Shown in pieces: positions 23,163 to 31,909 of a stretch of DNA of 64,000 nucleotides. The number at the start of each line of letters is the position of its first letter. Position 1 is the first letter of the stretch. The stretch comes from an uncultured Thermoleophilia bacterium (GTDB taxonomy: Bacteria; Actinomycetota; Thermoleophilia; Gaiellales; Gaiellaceae). The notes beneath the pieces were generated by a model. That model saw only the letters and a program-made list of their open reading frames with translations, had not been told where the DNA came from and ran no database searches. A program made the translations under genes and the position numbers. The DNA lies in contig CAWJZQ010000030.1 in assembly GCA_963847415.1 (NCBI GenBank), positions 344,831 through 408,830 of the forward strand, given 5' to 3'.

Positions 23163-24605
23163 ATGAGCACCACGCCTTTGCCCACCCAGTCGAGCGACTT
23201 CCCCGCGTGGTACGGGGAGGTCGTGCGTCGCGCCGGCCTCGCGGAGAACTCGCCGGTTCGCGGCGCGATGGTGATCAAGCCCTACGGGTACGCGATCTGG
23301 GAGGTGATCCAGCGCGAGCTCGACGACCGGATCAAGGCGACCGGTCACGAGAACTACTACTTCCCGCTCTTCGTCCCCGCCTCCGTGCTGGCGCAGGAGA
23401 GCGAGCTCGTCGAAGGGTTCGCGCCCGAGGTCGCCGTCGTCACCGAGGCCGGCGGGAAGAAGCTGGAGGAGCCGCTCGCCGTTCGTCCCACCTCGGAGGC
23501 GCTGATCTGGTCGACGTATGCCCGCTGGGTGCAGTCGTACCGCGACCTGCCCCTCCTCTACAACCAGTGGGCGAACGTCGTCCGGTGGGAGCTGCGTCCG
23601 CGCATCCTGCTGCGCACGACCGAGTTCCTCTGGCAGGAGGGACACACCGCGCACGAGACGGCAGCGGAGGCGCTGGCCGAGACGCTGACCATCCTCCACG
23701 ACGTCTACGCAGACACGATCGAGAACGTGCTCGCGATTCCCGTGCTGCGCGGGCGCAAGAGCGAGAGCGAGCGGTTCCCCGGCGCGGTCGACACCTACAC
23801 GCTCGAAGCGCTGATGCGCGACGGCAAGGCGCTCCAGGCCGCGACCTCGCACTACCTCGGCCAGGGCTTCGCGCGCACGTTCGGCGTTCGCTACACCGGC
23901 CGCGACGGCAGCGAGCAGTACCCGTATGCGACCTCGTGGGGCGCGAGCACGCGGCTCGTCGGCGGCGTCGTGATGGCGCACGGAGACGACCGCGGGCTGC
24001 GGCTCCCGCCTCGCGTCGCGCCGCAGCAGGTCGTGATCGTGCCGATCGTCCGCGAGGACGACCGCGCCGACGTGCTCCAGGCGGCCGCCACGGTCGCCGA
24101 CGAGCTGCGGGCAGCAGGTGTTCGCGTTCGTGTCGACGACCGCGCCGAGTACCGGCCCGGCTTCAAGTTCCACGAGTGGGAGCTGAAGGGCGTCCCGGTC
24201 CGCGTCGAGATCGGCGGACGCGACCTCGGCGAAGGCGTCGCCACCCTCGCGCGTCGCGACACCGGCGGGAAAGAACAGATCCCGCTCCCTCGCGTCGCCG
24301 CGGTGATCGAGGAGCTGCTGGCCGACGTGCAGGCATCGCTCTTCCGGGCAGCCCGCGACGAACAGGAACGCCGAACCCTTCGCGCTCCCGGCGGCTACGA
24401 CGAGCTGATCGCGTACCTCCGAGACGGCGCCGGCTTCGCGGTCGCGCCGTGGTGCGGCCGCGCGGACTGCGAGGCGCGCGTGAAGGACGACAGCTCGGCG
24501 ACGATCCGTTGCCTACCGCTCGACGACCCGACCGGCGAGCTCGAAGCCTGCGTCTGCTGCGGCCGCGCCGCGGTGGACGCGGCTACGTGGGCGCAGGCGT
24601 ACTAG
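23163..24605 (+). CDS. proS: proline--tRNA ligase (short archaeal/eukaryote-like type)
   Basis: Intact 480-aa ORF. It reads FPAWYGEVVRRAGLAENSPVRGAMVIKPYGYAIWE, AVRPTSEALIW, RWELRPRILLRTTEFLWQEGHTAH, a C-terminal anticodon-binding domain and a Zn-like CxxC...CxxC tail. Confidence 0.92.
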   Translation: MSTTPLPTQSSDFPAWYGEVVRRAGLAENSPVRGAMVIKPYGYAIWEVIQRELDDRIKATGHENYYFPLFVPASVLAQESELVEGFAPEVAVVTEAGGKKLEEPLAVRPTSEALIWSTYARWVQSYRDLPLLYNQWANVVRWELRPRILLRTTEFLWQEGHTAHETAAEALAETLTILHDVYADTIENVLAIPVLRGRKSESERFPGAVDTYTLEALMRDGKALQAATSHYLGQGFARTFGVRYTGRDGSEQYPYATSWGASTRLVGGVVMAHGDDRGLRLPPRVAPQQVVIVPIVREDDRADVLQAAATVADELRAAGVRVRVDDRAEYRPGFKFHEWELKGVPVRVEIGGRDLGEGVATLARRDTGGKEQIPLPRVAAVIEELLADVQASLFRAARDEQERRTLRAPGGYDELIAYLRDGAGFAVAPWCGRADCEARVKDDSSATIRCLPLDDPTGELEACVCCGRAAVDAATWAQAY

Positions 24606-24619
24606 CGTTCCGCGAACGA

Positions 24620-25024
24620 TCAGTTGTCGGAGTGCGCCGGCACGGAGGCAGCTTCCTGCCAGTAATGGTTGAGCGCGCCCTGCACCTTGACGAACCAGAC
24701 GATCGCGGGGATCACGAGGAGCGCGCCGGGGAAGAGCCAGAGACCGGTCCAGCCGCTGACCGGCGGCGCCTTCCCGTCACGTGCGTACATGCGTCCGATC
24801 TCCGAGGGGATCACGTACCCGCTGACGGGATTGATGATGATCCAGATCACGAGCCCGACCACGCCGCCGACACCGGTCCCGGTTCGGTGCTGCAGCTCGT
24901 CCTGTGTCTTGTACGCCCAGTACCAGCCGTAGAGGCCGAACGTCACGACGAAGAGCAAGATCCCGAAACCGACGCCGCGGGGCCTTCCGGGCGGGCCGCT
25001 CGACGGCGAGGCGGAGGCGTTCAT
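24620..25024 (-). CDS. DUF4234 domain-containing membrane protein
   Basis: 134 aa from ATG 25024, reading GILLFVVTFGLYGWYWAYKTQDELQ and two further TM helices. Confidence 0.7.
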   Translation of the reverse strand: MNASASPSSGPPGRPRGVGFGILLFVVTFGLYGWYWAYKTQDELQHRTGTGVGGVVGLVIWIIINPVSGYVIPSEIGRMYARDGKAPPVSGWTGLWLFPGALLVIPAIVWFVKVQGALNHYWQEAASVPAHSDN

Positions 25025-25153
25025 GAGTCCGTGGACCCTAACGCGCCGAGCGTCGAGTGCGAAACCCGAGCAGGATCGAGCGTCCCGGCCGCGTAACCAA
25101 GCTGAGGGGTGCTCCGTTTCCATCCTGGAACGCAACCCGAAGGGAGACCACAC

Positions 25154-25300
25154 GTGCTTCTCTGGATCCTCGTGCTGCTGTTGATCATCTTCGCGATCGG
25201 CGGCGGCGTCGCCGTCAGCAACTTCCTCTGGCTGCTCCTCGTCGTGGCGGTGATCGTCGCGATCTTCGCGCTCGTTTCCGGGCGGCGAGGCGCCGTCTAG
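25154..25300 (+). CDS. small two-TM membrane protein (lmo0937-like)
   Basis: GTG 25154 lies 8 nt after AAGGGAG. It encodes the 48-aa peptide VLLWILVLLLIIFAIGGGVAVSNFLWLLLVVAVIVAIFALVSGRRGAV. Confidence 0.5.
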   Translation: MLLWILVLLLIIFAIGGGVAVSNFLWLLLVVAVIVAIFALVSGRRGAV

Positions 25301-25370
25301 CGGACTCGGATGCCGGAGCGACCCTGCTCCGGCATCCGATTCCAGCTCCGGCTCACATCGCCCGACGAGG

Positions 25371-27611
25371 GTGAAAGGAGGCCATCCCGCCGCGCCGGAT
25401 GCTCCGGTCGTGCTCGGCCCAACCGTGGCGCACCTCGAGCAGGCCGGCCCGGCGCCCTTCGGGCCTTCGGGTCGCTTCGCATGGCGCGTGATCCTGGTGC
25501 AGCTCGCCGCGGATGCCCTCGTGATCGCGGTGCTGATCCTCGTGCTGCCGGGGTTCGAGCTCCATTCGTCGCACAAGCTCCTGAGCGTCGTCTGGCTCGC
25601 CGTGCTGTTCGGGCTCGTCAGCGCGCTGGTGCGGCCCGCACTCGAGTTCATCTTGCTCCCGTACGTGCTGCAGACGCTCGGGCTCGTGCTGTTCGCGATC
25701 AACGCCGTGCTCCTCGCGCTGCTCGCCCTGACACCGACGCTCGAGATCAGGGGCGTCGGCGCGCTCGCTGTGGGGGCGGTGCTCGCCGCCGTCCTCGGCT
25801 TCTTCCTCACGAGCGTGTTCGGGTTGACGCCGCCGGTCGTCGACGCGACATCGGCGGCGTCGTCGCGCGGCACACCTGCCGTCAAGCTCGCGGCCCTCTC
25901 CGAGCGGCTGCGTGTGATGCAGCTGTACGGGATCCTCCTGCAGTACGCGGTCGACTTCTCCTTCGACTGGAAATGGTTGCGTCCGTTCCGCCACCGGATG
26001 CAGCGGTGGATCTGGCAGGCACCGGTGTCGAAAGAGCCGCTCTCGGCGCCGGTCAAGGCCAGGCTCCTGCTCCAGGACCTCGGGCCGACGTACGTCAAGC
26101 TCGGCCAGATCATCTCCAGCGAGAGCCGCGTGCTCCCGATCGCGTGGGAACGAGAGCTCGCGAAGCTGCAGAGCGACGTGCGTCCGTTCGCCTACGACGA
26201 GGTGCGCACGGTGATCGAGGGCGACCTCGGCGCGCCGCCGGAGACGCTCTACCGGGCCTTCAACCCAGAGCCCCTCGCGGCGGCTTCGCTCGCGCAGGTG
26301 CACGAGGCGACGACGCACGACGGCCGCCGTGTCGCCGTCAAGGTGCAGCGTCCGAAGATCCACGTGCAGCTCCAGTCGGACGTCACGATCCTGACCCGCG
26401 CCGCGGCCGTCCTCGAACGGCGCGCAGCCTGGGCCGCGGAAAGTGGTCTCCAAGACGTCGTCCGGGAGTTCGGCACGACGCTGCTGCGCGAGCTCGACTA
26501 CCGGATCGAGGCGTACAACACTCGGCGTCTCGAGGAGATCCTCGCGCCGATCGACGGAGTGCACGTGCCCGGGTACGACCCCGAGCTCTCGGGCGGCCAC
26601 GTGCTGACGCTCGAGTTCATCGACGGCGTCAAGTCCAGCGACCGCGACGAGATCGACGCCGCCGGCCTGAGTCGAGAGGAGCTCGCACGCAACCTCGTCC
26701 GCGGAGCGGTGCAGATGGTGATGATCCACGGCTTCTTCCACGCCGACCCGCACCCCGGGAACGTCGTCGTCGAGCTCGACAACCGACGTCTGACGTTCCT
26801 CGACGCCGGCATGGTCGGCGAGCTCGACGTTCGCCAGCGCGTCACGTTCGCACGGTTCCTGCTCGCGTTCCGCGACCAGGACGTGACGGAGCTCGCGCTG
26901 ACGCTTCGCTCGCTCAGCACGCCTTTCCGCACACCGGACGACGACGCCTACGTCCGCCGCTTCGAACGGCGCATCGGGCCGCTGATCGACGTCTCGGCGC
27001 AGCAAGCGCCGTCGATCGAGAGGCTCGTGTCGGAAGCCGTCGACGTGCTTCGGGGCGCCGGCTACCACCTCGACTCCCAGCTGACGCTCGCGCTGAAGTC
27101 CGTCGCCCAGGCTGCAGAGATCACCGCTGCGCTCGTACCGGAGTACGGGGCCTCCGACTTCGCGCGACTCGGTGGCGACGCGCTCGAGGAGCTCGTTCCC
27201 GGCGCCGTCGGGAGCGACGCGATCAAGAGCGCAGCGCGCAGAGGCGCGGTTCGCGCGGCCGGCGGGATGATGGACGCGGTCCCGGCGGCTCGGCGGACGG
27301 CCGCCGCCTGGATCGCCCAGCTCCAGAAGGGGGAGATCCCCGTCAGCGTCCGCGTCCCCGAGCTCGAGCTCTCCCAGGCCCATCTCGGCGCGGTCCCGCG
27401 GCTGTTCGCCGCGGCCGTGCTGCTCGCGGGGATGCTCGTCGGCTGCGCGATCGCCGCGACGATCCAGAGCCCGGACGGCAGCAGCTTCCGGAACGATCTG
27501 GCGGACGTCGCACTCGTCCTGTTCTTGATCGCGGCCGCCGTCTCGATGATGCTCCTCGTCGTGCTGGTCTGGCGCCTCATCAGGCCCGCGGGGCGAGGAG
27601 GAGCCCGGTGA
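25371..27611 (+). CDS. ABC1/UbiB-family atypical kinase fused to an N-terminal DUF360 (phage-holin-4_2-like) membrane domain and C-terminal TM helices
   Basis: Intact 746-aa ORF. The N-terminal four-TM block is LAADALVIAVLILVLPGFEL...LVRPALEFILLPYVLQTLGLVLFAINAVLL. Kinase motifs are LGPTYVKLGQIISS, AAASLAQVHEA, VAVKVQRP and GFFHADPHPGNVVV. Confidence 0.85.
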   Translation: MKGGHPAAPDAPVVLGPTVAHLEQAGPAPFGPSGRFAWRVILVQLAADALVIAVLILVLPGFELHSSHKLLSVVWLAVLFGLVSALVRPALEFILLPYVLQTLGLVLFAINAVLLALLALTPTLEIRGVGALAVGAVLAAVLGFFLTSVFGLTPPVVDATSAASSRGTPAVKLAALSERLRVMQLYGILLQYAVDFSFDWKWLRPFRHRMQRWIWQAPVSKEPLSAPVKARLLLQDLGPTYVKLGQIISSESRVLPIAWERELAKLQSDVRPFAYDEVRTVIEGDLGAPPETLYRAFNPEPLAAASLAQVHEATTHDGRRVAVKVQRPKIHVQLQSDVTILTRAAAVLERRAAWAAESGLQDVVREFGTTLLRELDYRIEAYNTRRLEEILAPIDGVHVPGYDPELSGGHVLTLEFIDGVKSSDRDEIDAAGLSREELARNLVRGAVQMVMIHGFFHADPHPGNVVVELDNRRLTFLDAGMVGELDVRQRVTFARFLLAFRDQDVTELALTLRSLSTPFRTPDDDAYVRRFERRIGPLIDVSAQQAPSIERLVSEAVDVLRGAGYHLDSQLTLALKSVAQAAEITAALVPEYGASDFARLGGDALEELVPGAVGSDAIKSAARRGAVRAAGGMMDAVPAARRTAAAWIAQLQKGEIPVSVRVPELELSQAHLGAVPRLFAAAVLLAGMLVGCAIAATIQSPDGSSFRNDLADVALVLFLIAAAVSMMLLVVLVWRLIRPAGRGGAR

Positions 27612-27961
27612 GGCTCCGTCTCGTGATCTCCTGTCAGCTCGCGGTGCTCGCCGGGATCGTCGGCGTGCTCGGCCCCTGGCGCAACGTCGGTGCGGTGTCG
27701 CTCGACGGGTTGCAGGGGCCGCACGACGGCTGGCTGGTGATCGTCGCGCTGCTGCTCGCGCTCGCCGGTGTCGGCTCGCTCGCTCGAACCGGCCTGACGC
27801 TCGTCGCCGCGGCTGCGGCTCTCTACTTCGTCGTCGACAACCTGCTCGACGACCGCGCCGCGTTCGGCGGGAGCTCGGGCTGGGGGATCTGGCTGACGCT
27901 CCTCGCAGCGCTCGCGCTCGGCGTGCTCGCGGTGCTCGCCGCGGTCAGAGGAAGTAACTGA
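27608..27961 (+). CDS. small polytopic membrane protein, unknown function
   Basis: GTG 27608 overlaps the kinase stop (GTGA). It encodes 117 aa with 3-4 TM helices (LAVLAGIVGVLGPW, WLVIVALLLALAGVGSL and WGIWLTLLAALALGVLAVLAAV). Confidence 0.5.
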   Translation: MRLRLVISCQLAVLAGIVGVLGPWRNVGAVSLDGLQGPHDGWLVIVALLLALAGVGSLARTGLTLVAAAAALYFVVDNLLDDRAAFGGSSGWGIWLTLLAALALGVLAVLAAVRGSN

Positions 27962-29870
27962 GCTTGTCCCAGAACCAGTTGCTCAGGCGTGCGCCGTACG
28001 ACGTCTCGGGCTCGCCGGGCCGTGACTTCGCGATGTCGGGGTCGAAGACCCGCTGCTCGAACAATGACGCCGTCTTCGCGTCGCGCGACATCATCGCCAC
28101 CTCGAAGTTCCGGTAGAGCGCCCACGCGTCGAGGTTGACGGTGCCGAAGACGCTCGTGTCGTCGGCGACCATCAGCTTCGCGTGCACGACGGCGCCGGGG
28201 TACTCGTAGATGCGCACGCCGGCGTGCAAGAGGTCGCCGTAGTGGTGCTTCAGCGCTGCGGACGCCTGCGGGTTGTTCGACTTCTGCGAGACGACGATGC
28301 GCACCTTCACGCCGCGCTTGGCGGCCGCCTCGATGCGCTGGATGAAGTCCGCATCGGTGAGGTACGGGTTCATCACGTCGAGCCGCGTCCGCGCGTGGTC
28401 GACGAGCTCGCGCATCGCCTGCGTCGCCGACTGGAAGCCGCCCGGGACGACCTGGAGGAGCGCGATCGGGATCGTGCCGCGCTGCGCGGGCGGCGGGAAG
28501 TACGGGTCGAGATCCGTGGGAAGCGGCCCGCCGTGGCTGCGGAAGCTCGTCAGGAACAGCGCCTGCGCCTGTCGGACGACGGCGCCGGTCACGCGCACCA
28601 TCACGTCGTGGAAGCCGCCGTTCTGGAAGTGGTCCTCGAGCCCGGCACCACCCGTCCAGGCGACCTTGCCGTCGATCACGTAGAGCTTGCGGTGGTCGGC
28701 GCGGCCGACCTCGTCCTGCCGCCAGTCGAACGACCGGTCGGGGAAGAGGCCGTCCTCGTCCCACGGCAGGACGTCGTTGACGACGATCTGGGCGCCCGCG
28801 TCGGAGAGCCGCCGGAACATCGGCTCGGCCGCGCCGAGCGCGCGGCTTCCGTAGGCGTCCACGATCACGCGCACCTCGACGCCCTCGCGCCGCTTCTGGA
28901 TCAGCAGATCGGTGAACTGCGTGCCGATGTCGCCTTCGCGCCAGCCGAACATCAGCACGTGCACAGAGCTACGGGCGTTGCGCACGTCGTCGAAGATCCG
29001 CGGGAAGAAGTTCTTGCCCTCGGGCAGCGGGTCGATCGTGGCCGCCGTCGACCACGCGTAGGAAAGGCCGCTGTCGTCCGGCCGCGGATCGTCGCGCGCC
29101 GCGAACTCGGCGACGGCGTGCTCGGCCCCGGCGGAGGTGATCGCTTCGGGTCCCGGCGGCCAGCTCGGCTTCTGCACGATCCCGAGCACCCTGTGTGCGA
29201 GCAGCAGGAAGAGCGCTGCGAAGACGACGGCGATGACGGCGAGCGCTTTGCGCACTATCTCCTCCTCGACCACGCGCTTCTCGATCAGGCGGACGACGAG
29301 GAAGCCGGCGGCGGTGATCACGACGATGCCGCCCGCGGCGAAGATGCCGTAGCGGCCGATCGCGGCCGCCGCCGTGTCGCCGAGGTAGAAGGAGATGAGC
29401 GCTACGCCGGTCGCCCAGACGATCCCGCCTGCGGCGTTCCAGCCGAAGAACGACCACCAGTGCATGTGCGACATGCCTGCGATCCAGGCGACGGTGACGC
29501 GGAGCACGGCGACGAAGCGGCCGAGGAACACCGCCTTCCCGCCGTGTGCGGCGAAGAAGCGCTCGCCGCGCGGGAGGTAGCGATTCGCGAAGCGCCGGGT
29601 CACGCCGTAGCGCTCGAGCAGCGGCCTGCCGCCCTTGCGGCCGGCCCAGTAGCCGAGGTTGTCGCCGATGATCGCTGCGGCGACGCCGACCAGGATCACG
29701 GTGACGATCGAGAACGATCCCTGCGACGCGAGCACCGCGCACGCGATCAGCGCCGTCTCGCCGGGCAAGGGCAACCCGAACGACTCGAGCGCGAGCAGGG
29801 CGAACATGATCAGGAGCGCCCACTGATCGTGCTGCTCGACGAAGCTGGTCACGCTCCGAGTCTCGCCCAT
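27945..29870 (-). CDS. DedA-family membrane domain fused to a phospholipase D / cardiolipin-synthase-like domain (two HKD motifs)
   Basis: Intact 641-aa ORF. The DedA block is LALESFGLPLPGETALIACAVLA...IIGDNLGYWAGRKGGRPLLERYG...FLGRFVAVLRVTVAWIAG. HKD 1 is ADHRKLYVIDGKVAWTGGAGLED. HKD 2 is VVHAKLMVADDTSVFGTVNLD. Confidence 0.85.
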   Translation of the reverse strand: MGETRSVTSFVEQHDQWALLIMFALLALESFGLPLPGETALIACAVLASQGSFSIVTVILVGVAAAIIGDNLGYWAGRKGGRPLLERYGVTRRFANRYLPRGERFFAAHGGKAVFLGRFVAVLRVTVAWIAGMSHMHWWSFFGWNAAGGIVWATGVALISFYLGDTAAAAIGRYGIFAAGGIVVITAAGFLVVRLIEKRVVEEEIVRKALAVIAVVFAALFLLLAHRVLGIVQKPSWPPGPEAITSAGAEHAVAEFAARDDPRPDDSGLSYAWSTAATIDPLPEGKNFFPRIFDDVRNARSSVHVLMFGWREGDIGTQFTDLLIQKRREGVEVRVIVDAYGSRALGAAEPMFRRLSDAGAQIVVNDVLPWDEDGLFPDRSFDWRQDEVGRADHRKLYVIDGKVAWTGGAGLEDHFQNGGFHDVMVRVTGAVVRQAQALFLTSFRSHGGPLPTDLDPYFPPPAQRGTIPIALLQVVPGGFQSATQAMRELVDHARTRLDVMNPYLTDADFIQRIEAAAKRGVKVRIVVSQKSNNPQASAALKHHYGDLLHAGVRIYEYPGAVVHAKLMVADDTSVFGTVNLDAWALYRNFEVAMMSRDAKTASLFEQRVFDPDIAKSRPGEPETSYGARLSNWFWDKLSYFL

Positions 29871-30003
29871 CGCGGGAAAACCCGTATCGCGGTCTGCGGC
29901 GTTCCCCGCACCAAGTGTGCGGGGACCGCGAGGGCCTCGGCGCGGGGCCGGTCATACCGTCCGATCAGACCCGGCCACCGCCGAACGCCAAGGAGATTCC
30001 ACG

Positions 30004-31170
30004 ATGTCCTACCCCTCGCAGAGCAGCAACTCGAGCTCAGGCGCCTTCTTCATGGTCGCGACGATCCTGCTCGGCCTCGCCGTCGGGATCGGCGCGATCT
30101 TCTCCGTCCTCATGTGGGCGGACGCCCACCAGGCGCGCGACGATGCCAAGAAGGCGACACCCGCCGCGGCTTCGGGCGGCGGCCACTCGATGGCCGGGAT
30201 GCCGGGGATGGACATGAGCGGCGACAGCGCCGCCGGTACCGGCTCGCTCACGAGCTACGCCGGCGCGGCGCCCGAGAACGCGGACGCGCTCGCGACCGCG
30301 CACAAGCCGTACCCCGCCGACCTGCCGCCCGCGCCGGCCGGCGTCGCGGACGTGCATCTCGTCCTCACCGACCTGACCGTTCAGATCGCGCCCGGCGTCA
30401 AGTACGCCGCGTGGGCGTGGGCGAAGGGCGCGCCCGGACCGGTGATCCACGTGCGCCAGGGCCAGCTGGTGAAGATCACGCTGACCAACAACGGTGCGAT
30501 CCCGCACTCGGTCGACTTCCACGCCGCCCGCATCGCGCCGGACAAGGCGTTCGGCGACGTCTTCCCGGGAAAGTCCGTCAGCTACACGTTCCGCGCGAAC
30601 GACCCCGGCGTCTTCATGTACCACTGCGGCACCAAGCCGGTGTTGATGCACATCGCGAACGGCATGTACGGCGCGATCGTCGTCGAGCCGAAGCCGGGCG
30701 TTCTGCCGAAGGCCGACAAGAACTACGTGCTCGTCGCCTCCGAGTGGTACCTCGACTCGGACGGCCTCACGAAGCCGGCGCAGTTCAGCCAGGCCAAGGC
30801 GCACGCGCGCATGCCGGACTGGATGACGTTCAACGGCTATGCAGGGCAGTACGTCAAGCATCCGCTGACTGCGAAGCCCGGTGAGCTCGTCCGCTTCTGG
30901 GTGATGGACGCCGGCCCGTCGATCGACACCGACTTCCACGTCGTCGGCACGCTGCTCGACAACGCGTACCCGTTCGCCGACATGAACCCGGCGCACGCGC
31001 TGCACAACGTGCAGACGATGACCGTGCCCGCCGGCGGCGGCGCTGTCTTCGACGTGAGGATCCACGAGCCGGGGCTCTACCCGTTCGTGTCGCACTCGTT
31101 CGCGGCCGTCGACCAGGGTCAGGTCGGGCTGCTGAACGTCGGCAACGTCAACGGAACGATGTCGCACTAG
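30004..31170 (+). CDS. nirK: copper-containing nitrite reductase-like two-domain cupredoxin protein, membrane-anchored, with Met/His-rich linker
   Basis: RBS AAGGAG precedes ATG 30004. TM helix FFMVATILLGLAVGIGAIFSVLMW. Met-rich GGGHSMAGMPGMDMSG. Cu-ligand patterns are IPHSVDFHAA (H-x4-H), MYHCGTKPVLMHIANGMYG (HC...H-x4-M) and FVSHSFAAVDQG. Confidence 0.7.
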   Translation: MSYPSQSSNSSSGAFFMVATILLGLAVGIGAIFSVLMWADAHQARDDAKKATPAAASGGGHSMAGMPGMDMSGDSAAGTGSLTSYAGAAPENADALATAHKPYPADLPPAPAGVADVHLVLTDLTVQIAPGVKYAAWAWAKGAPGPVIHVRQGQLVKITLTNNGAIPHSVDFHAARIAPDKAFGDVFPGKSVSYTFRANDPGVFMYHCGTKPVLMHIANGMYGAIVVEPKPGVLPKADKNYVLVASEWYLDSDGLTKPAQFSQAKAHARMPDWMTFNGYAGQYVKHPLTAKPGELVRFWVMDAGPSIDTDFHVVGTLLDNAYPFADMNPAHALHNVQTMTVPAGGGAVFDVRIHEPGLYPFVSHSFAAVDQGQVGLLNVGNVNGTMSH

Positions 31171-31172
31171 CG

Positions 31173-31909
31173 ATGACGGTCCTGCGCACGCTGCCCACGA
31201 GCCGCCACCGGCTTGCGGTGGCCCTCGGCGCCGCCGTCGTCCTGACCGCGCTCCTGATCGCCGCCAATCAGGTCAGCGCACAGGGCGGCAGCGCCAGGCG
31301 ACGGCCGTGACGCCGTCCCCAAGCGTCGCGGCCGTCGCCGAGGAGGACTCGCTGCTCGGCGGCATCCCGCAGCACGGTGCCGCGCTCGGCGAGCCGACGG
31401 CGCCGGTCACGCTCGTCGAGTACGCCGATCTCCAGTGCCCCTACTGCGGAGAGTGGGGGCGGCAGACGCTCCCGGTGCTCGTCGACCGCTACGTGCGCGC
31501 CGGCAAGCTGCGGATCGTCTTCAACGGGCTCGCATTTGTCGGCCCCGACTCCGAGCGCGCGTTGCGCACCGCGGTCGCCGCGGGCGACCACGGCCACCTG
31601 TGGGACGTCGTCGAGGGGCTCTACATCCGCCAGGGCGCCGAGAACTCCGGCTGGGTGACCGACGACATGATCCGCGAGGTCGCCGCGACCGTCCCCGGCC
31701 TCGACGCGGAGCAGCTCCTCGACGACCGCTGGAACGACAGCGTCACCGACCGAGTGAGCCGTGCGGCGGCGCGCGCGGCCGCCGTTGGCGTGAACAGCAC
31801 CCCGACCTTCGCGATCGGCCCGACCGGCGGCAAGCTCGAGCTCGCGGCGGTCGAGTCGCTCGACCCGAACGGGATCGTCCCGGCGATCGACGAGGCGCTG
31901 CGGCGATGA
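31173..31909 (+). CDS. DsbA-family thiol:disulfide oxidoreductase (one frame change near 31300)
   Basis: ATG lies 2 nt after the nirK-like stop. N-terminal anchor MTVLRTLPTSRHRLAVALGAAVVLTALLIAA. Active site VEYADLQCPYCGEW, then VNSTPTFAIG. Confidence 0.75.

Noticed and set aside
21239-25096. 1285-aa plus-strand ORF spanning the Vgb-fusion, proS and DUF4234 loci. Similar giant ORFs occur at 25310..27961, 28182..30884, 25353..27383(-), 39283..40980, 60286..62349 and 32674..34035(-).
   Set aside because: The translations are Arg/Pro/Ala/Gly-dominated low-complexity strings typical of off-frame or antisense reading of very GC-rich coding DNA. Each overlaps a gene with clear family motifs in another frame or strand.
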